A program made the translations under genes and the position numbers. From positions 53,113 to 117,112 of the forward strand of contig CALOAN010000011.1 in assembly GCA_942491345.1 (NCBI GenBank): a stretch of DNA of 64,000 bases, read 5' to 3'. Source of the stretch: an uncultured actinomycete. Its GTDB lineage: Bacteria; Actinomycetota; Acidimicrobiia; Spongiisociales; UBA5794. Within the stretch, counting starts at the first letter, position 1. Each line of letters opens with the position of its first letter. This document shows positions 60,782 through 64,000 of this stretch, one piece after another. The notes beneath the pieces are model-generated. The model ran no database searches and was not told where the DNA came from. It saw only the letters and a program-made list of their open reading frames with translations.

Positions 60782-60934
60782 TGTCCGACCGCAAACATGG
60801 AGGAAGGCCCGGGCGTTGGGTGACACCACGATAAATTCTACTATTGCTTAAGGCGGCGAAGGACATGACCGTGCAGCACCGGGATGGGTATTCCAACAGA
60901 AAGGTGAATCGCAAGCGAGGATAAAAAAGAGAAA

Positions 60935-61297
60935 TCAGGCCTCGGGAAGACCGCGCTTGATCAGTCCATGAACCGATTCAACCAGTCGGTGGATGGAGAA
61001 GGGTTTTTCCAACACATGGTCGAAACCAGCGCCATCAAGGAGCCATGGCGTACCCGACATCCCGATGACCGGCGTCTGTCGCTTGCCGGAACTGCGGATA
61101 TACTTCAAGATATCTCGACCGTCCATCCCCTGCAGCAAAACATCCGTCACGACCAAATCAAAGCGCCCGCTCAAAAACTTCTGGAGACCTTCGCGCCCGT
61201 CCGCAGCCGTTTCTACGTCAAATCCGCAACGTGACAGCGCATAGTCGAATACTTGCAGGATCGACTGTTCGTCATCAATGATCAGAACGGATTCCAT
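60935..61297 (-). CDS. single-domain response regulator
   Basis: IIDDE, VVTDV, IGMSG and LEKPF. Confidence 0.88.
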   Translation of the reverse strand: MESVLIIDDEQSILQVFDYALSRCGFDVETAADGREGLQKFLSGRFDLVVTDVLLQGMDGRDILKYIRSSGKRQTPVIGMSGTPWLLDGAGFDHVLEKPFSIHRLVESVHGLIKRGLPEA

Positions 61298-61533
61298 ATT
61301 GCTCCACGTCGCTTGTCGTCATGGTGAGGGCACTGGATGGCAAGGACTGATAGCGGAAAACAAATTTCATGTCAACTACATATTGTGGAAGAAAAATATC
61401 GCCCTACCACATATGCGTTTTTTGGTCGTACAAGATGGTCTGAATAGGGAGACAGGCGGGGCTTTCAGAAGGCGACGCGATGGCGGACTGAATAAAATCA
61501 GACATCCACGCCGCAGCGAAAACGGGGAACGTG

Positions 61534-62031
61534 TTATACTTTGTATTTACCGAAATCTTCCGGAGAGAGCTTTTCGAGGTACTCCTTCCATTTGCGACCC
61601 TCCTCGCTGTCATCCGAGGCTTCGGCATCCGCCTCAAAGGGGCGGGCTTTGGCGATGACGTCCTGATCGATGAAAATGGGGGCCTCAAAACGCAGTGCAA
61701 TGCCGATCGCATCGCTGGGGCGGGCGTCCATGCTGAACGGCTGGTCCTGGGATAAAAAATTGATCCGGGCGTAAAAGGTGTTGTCCTGCAGGTCGCAAAC
61801 TTCGATACTGCTCACCGTAATACCCTGCATCTCAACAAATTTTTTAAACAGATCGTGGGTCATCGGCCGGTCGAATTTAATATTCTGCAACGCCGATGCA
61901 ATTGATGTTGCTTCCAGCAATCCGATCCAGATCGGCACAGTCTGGTCGCCCTCTTCCGTTTTGAGAATAATGATGGGGGTGTTCGTAGCCGGATCCATGG
62001 TCATGCCGGCAATGACGGCTTTAAGCAGCAT
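61534..62031 (-). CDS. bifunctional nuclease family protein (DUF151)
   Basis: PIWIGLLEATSI, RPMTHDL, FYARI and DARPSDAI. Confidence 0.9.
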   Translation of the reverse strand: MLLKAVIAGMTMDPATNTPIIILKTEEGDQTVPIWIGLLEATSIASALQNIKFDRPMTHDLFKKFVEMQGITVSSIEVCDLQDNTFYARINFLSQDQPFSMDARPSDAIGIALRFEAPIFIDQDVIAKARPFEADAEASDDSEEGRKWKEYLEKLSPEDFGKYKV

Positions 62032-63436
62032 GGCATTCTTTCCCTCTTGGGCAGCCCTTAGACGGTTCTTTCCGCACCAATTCGCCCCGCAAAGAGTGCG
62101 CGTAGGCCTTTTCAATGCGCACCACGACCATCTGGCCGACCTGAAGTGTTTCCTCCGAACCAACATCCCGGCCCGGATTGAAATTGACAATTTTATTCCC
62201 CGGTGTTCGCCCGGACCACTGGGGCCCAGCGTCGATGGATTCCGCCAGGCCGGGGCGGGTGCTGTTGCCCTCCACCATGATTTCCTGCAGCGTGCCGACC
62301 AGCGCCCGGTTTTTCCTCAATGTGATTGTCTCCTGGGTTGCGAGGAGTTCCTGGAGTCTCGCTTTGATCTCGTCTTCGTTGACCTTTTTTTTAAAATGCG
62401 ACGCCGGAGCAATCTCGCGGTCGGAATACATAAACGCAAAAATACTGTCGAAAGCCACCGTCTCCACCAGTGCCAGGGTTTCCTCGAAATCCTCCCGCGA
62501 CTCCCCAGGGAAGCCAACGATAAAATCCGACGTGACCGCAATGTCCGGTCGTATGCTCCGCAGGCGTTCGATGCGGTCAAGGTATACTTGGCGGGTGTAC
62601 TTGCGATTCATCCGTTTGAGCACCTGGTCGGATCCGGACTGCACCGGCAAATGGATATGGGGACAAAGTTTGACCAGTTTCCCGAAAGCGCCCATGAGAT
62701 CATCCGACAGGTCTTTGGGATGCGAAGTCGTAAACCGAATCCGGCGCAAGCCTTCAATGCCGTTCACCCGCTCCAAAAGCTCAGCAAACGATGACAGCCC
62801 TTCCTTACGACCGAAGCTGTTGACGTTCTGACCCAGCAATGTGACTTCCCGCACGCCGCCCCGGACCAGCGTTTCAATTTCAGACAGGATCCGGTCGGGA
62901 TGGCGGCTCATCTCCGTCCCCCGGACATAGGGCACCACACAATAGGAGCAGTAGTTGTCACAGCCCTGCATAATCGTCACAAAACGAGATACCTGGCCAT
63001 CGCTATGGAATCCTGCCGTCAGATCGATTTCATCGATCCCATCGGATTGTGCCACATCCACCACCCGGATCCGGCGTGTCTTGGCCTGGTCCACGATACG
63101 TGGCAGACGCGGGATGGCGTGGGTGCCGAAAACCAGATCCACATGGGGCATTCGAGACAGGATGGCTTCCCCCTCCTGCTGGGCGACACAACCGCCAACA
63201 CCGATTAGGAGGGTCGGGTTTTGGCGCTTCATGCGCGCCAGACGACCGATAAAGCTGAAGGCTTTCTGTTCTGCTTTGGCCCGAATGGCACAGGTATTGA
63301 CAATGACCAGGTCGGCCTCTTCGAGGGTGTCGGTTTGGCGATATCCGCCAGGCGCCAACGCCCGGGCGATCCGGTCCGAGTCGTAAACATTCATCTGGCA
63401 GCCGATGGTATTGATGTATAGTTTCTGATGTCTCAT
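62021..63436 (-). CDS. miaB: tRNA-i6A37 methylthiotransferase
   Basis: TIGCQMNVYDS, NTCAIRAKAEQK, QGCDNYCSYCVVP radical-SAM motif, HLPVQSGS and a TRAM domain. Confidence 0.95.
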   Translation of the reverse strand: MRHQKLYINTIGCQMNVYDSDRIARALAPGGYRQTDTLEEADLVIVNTCAIRAKAEQKAFSFIGRLARMKRQNPTLLIGVGGCVAQQEGEAILSRMPHVDLVFGTHAIPRLPRIVDQAKTRRIRVVDVAQSDGIDEIDLTAGFHSDGQVSRFVTIMQGCDNYCSYCVVPYVRGTEMSRHPDRILSEIETLVRGGVREVTLLGQNVNSFGRKEGLSSFAELLERVNGIEGLRRIRFTTSHPKDLSDDLMGAFGKLVKLCPHIHLPVQSGSDQVLKRMNRKYTRQVYLDRIERLRSIRPDIAVTSDFIVGFPGESREDFEETLALVETVAFDSIFAFMYSDREIAPASHFKKKVNEDEIKARLQELLATQETITLRKNRALVGTLQEIMVEGNSTRPGLAESIDAGPQWSGRTPGNKIVNFNPGRDVGSEETLQVGQMVVVRIEKAYAHSLRGELVRKEPSKGCPRGKECHAA

Positions 63437-63726
63437 GCGGCACCCTGGAGCGTGGACCGGGGATCCGGCAACGGCTCCATCAGAATATCCCGGCTGGCGC
63501 ACAGGGCGTCCAGCAGTTCCGCCACCAGGTGCTCGCTGCCGGGTGCGATCAAAACCTTCACGATACCTTCCCGCGCGTCGACGGTCGTCAATACGGCCAC
63601 CCCGTCATAGGCTTCCAGAATAAACCGTAAATAGCTGATATTCCGACGATTGATCCTGAAGTAGCGCTGCGTGGTATGTAACGCGGTCGCTGGCTGCGTG
63701 AGGTCCCTATTGTCGATGGAGGTCAT
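63433..63726 (-). CDS. DUF4911-like small protein
   Basis: ISYLRFILEAYDGVAVLTTVD...VLIAPG; ATGA overlap with miaB. Confidence 0.75.
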   Translation of the reverse strand: MTSIDNRDLTQPATALHTTQRYFRINRRNISYLRFILEAYDGVAVLTTVDAREGIVKVLIAPGSEHLVAELLDALCASRDILMEPLPDPRSTLQGAA

Positions 63727-63940
63727 TTGTCGGGTCGTGGGCGTCAAAATCCATTTTCCTGAAGGTTTAAGATGGACTCGTAGAAAGTCATGTTTCAGAC
63801 GGTTGCTGAATATAACCATATGGTCTCTATTTGCAACCCCCAAACCCATGGCAAGCCCCCGCCCCAAATGCCCTCAGGCCTTATAACAGGCAGGAAGAAA
63901 AGGTTGCCCGGGCACAGGGAATGCGCTATATGCCGCTGCG

Positions 63941-64000
63941 ATGAATATGCTTTGGGACATCCTTGAACCCGACCCTGCCGCCGTTCGGCACCTGACGTCC
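63941..64000 (+). CDS. start of an unidentified CDS running off the window
   Basis: MNMLWDILEPDPAAVRHLTS; too short to assign (loosely resembles RecJ N-termini). Confidence 0.3.
   Translation, partial: MNMLWDILEPDPAAVRHLTS

Overview
A roughly 57% GC (estimated by eye) bacterial window. Gene content points to a sulfate-reducing Desulfobacterota/deltaproteobacterium of the Desulfosarcina/Desulfobacteraceae type (inference). Left end: an L-lactate permease, cut by the window edge, divergent from an acetyl-CoA hydrolase/CoA-transferase. 3.4-27.7 kb: a single-strand signalling and transport island with 5 histidine kinases, 9 receiver-domain proteins (only one has an output domain, an NtrC-type sigma54 activator), 2 paralogous DASS/SLC13 transporters with non-canonical binding motifs, a CBS protein, a TauE/SafE exporter coupled to a 2-TM partner, and a PEP-synthase-like phospho-His enzyme whose C-terminal domain is not the usual pyruvate-binding barrel. 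Four near-consensus sigma54 promoters in the island each have the same 17-bp upstream motif (TGTCRG/T..TTTTACA) 93-100 bp away, so the regulon can be read directly from the DNA. This island is the best candidate for an undescribed system. The rest is mostly core genome: a DUF1504-type antiporter, a thioredoxin reductase fusion, ispD, an HPr-domain fusion, rnpB, zinc-ribbon and Nif3 genes, tRNA-Ile2, rpoD (with a 173-aa Lys/Ala-rich tail), dnaG, hisA, hisB, a divergent SHMT, aspartate kinase, regulators, hydrolases, an aminopeptidase and miaB. At least six single-base frameshifts occur, including in dnaG and ispD; most are probably homopolymer sequencing errors. There is one 121-bp palindromic MITE/REP-like element. 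No CRISPR, rRNA, prophage or transposase was seen.
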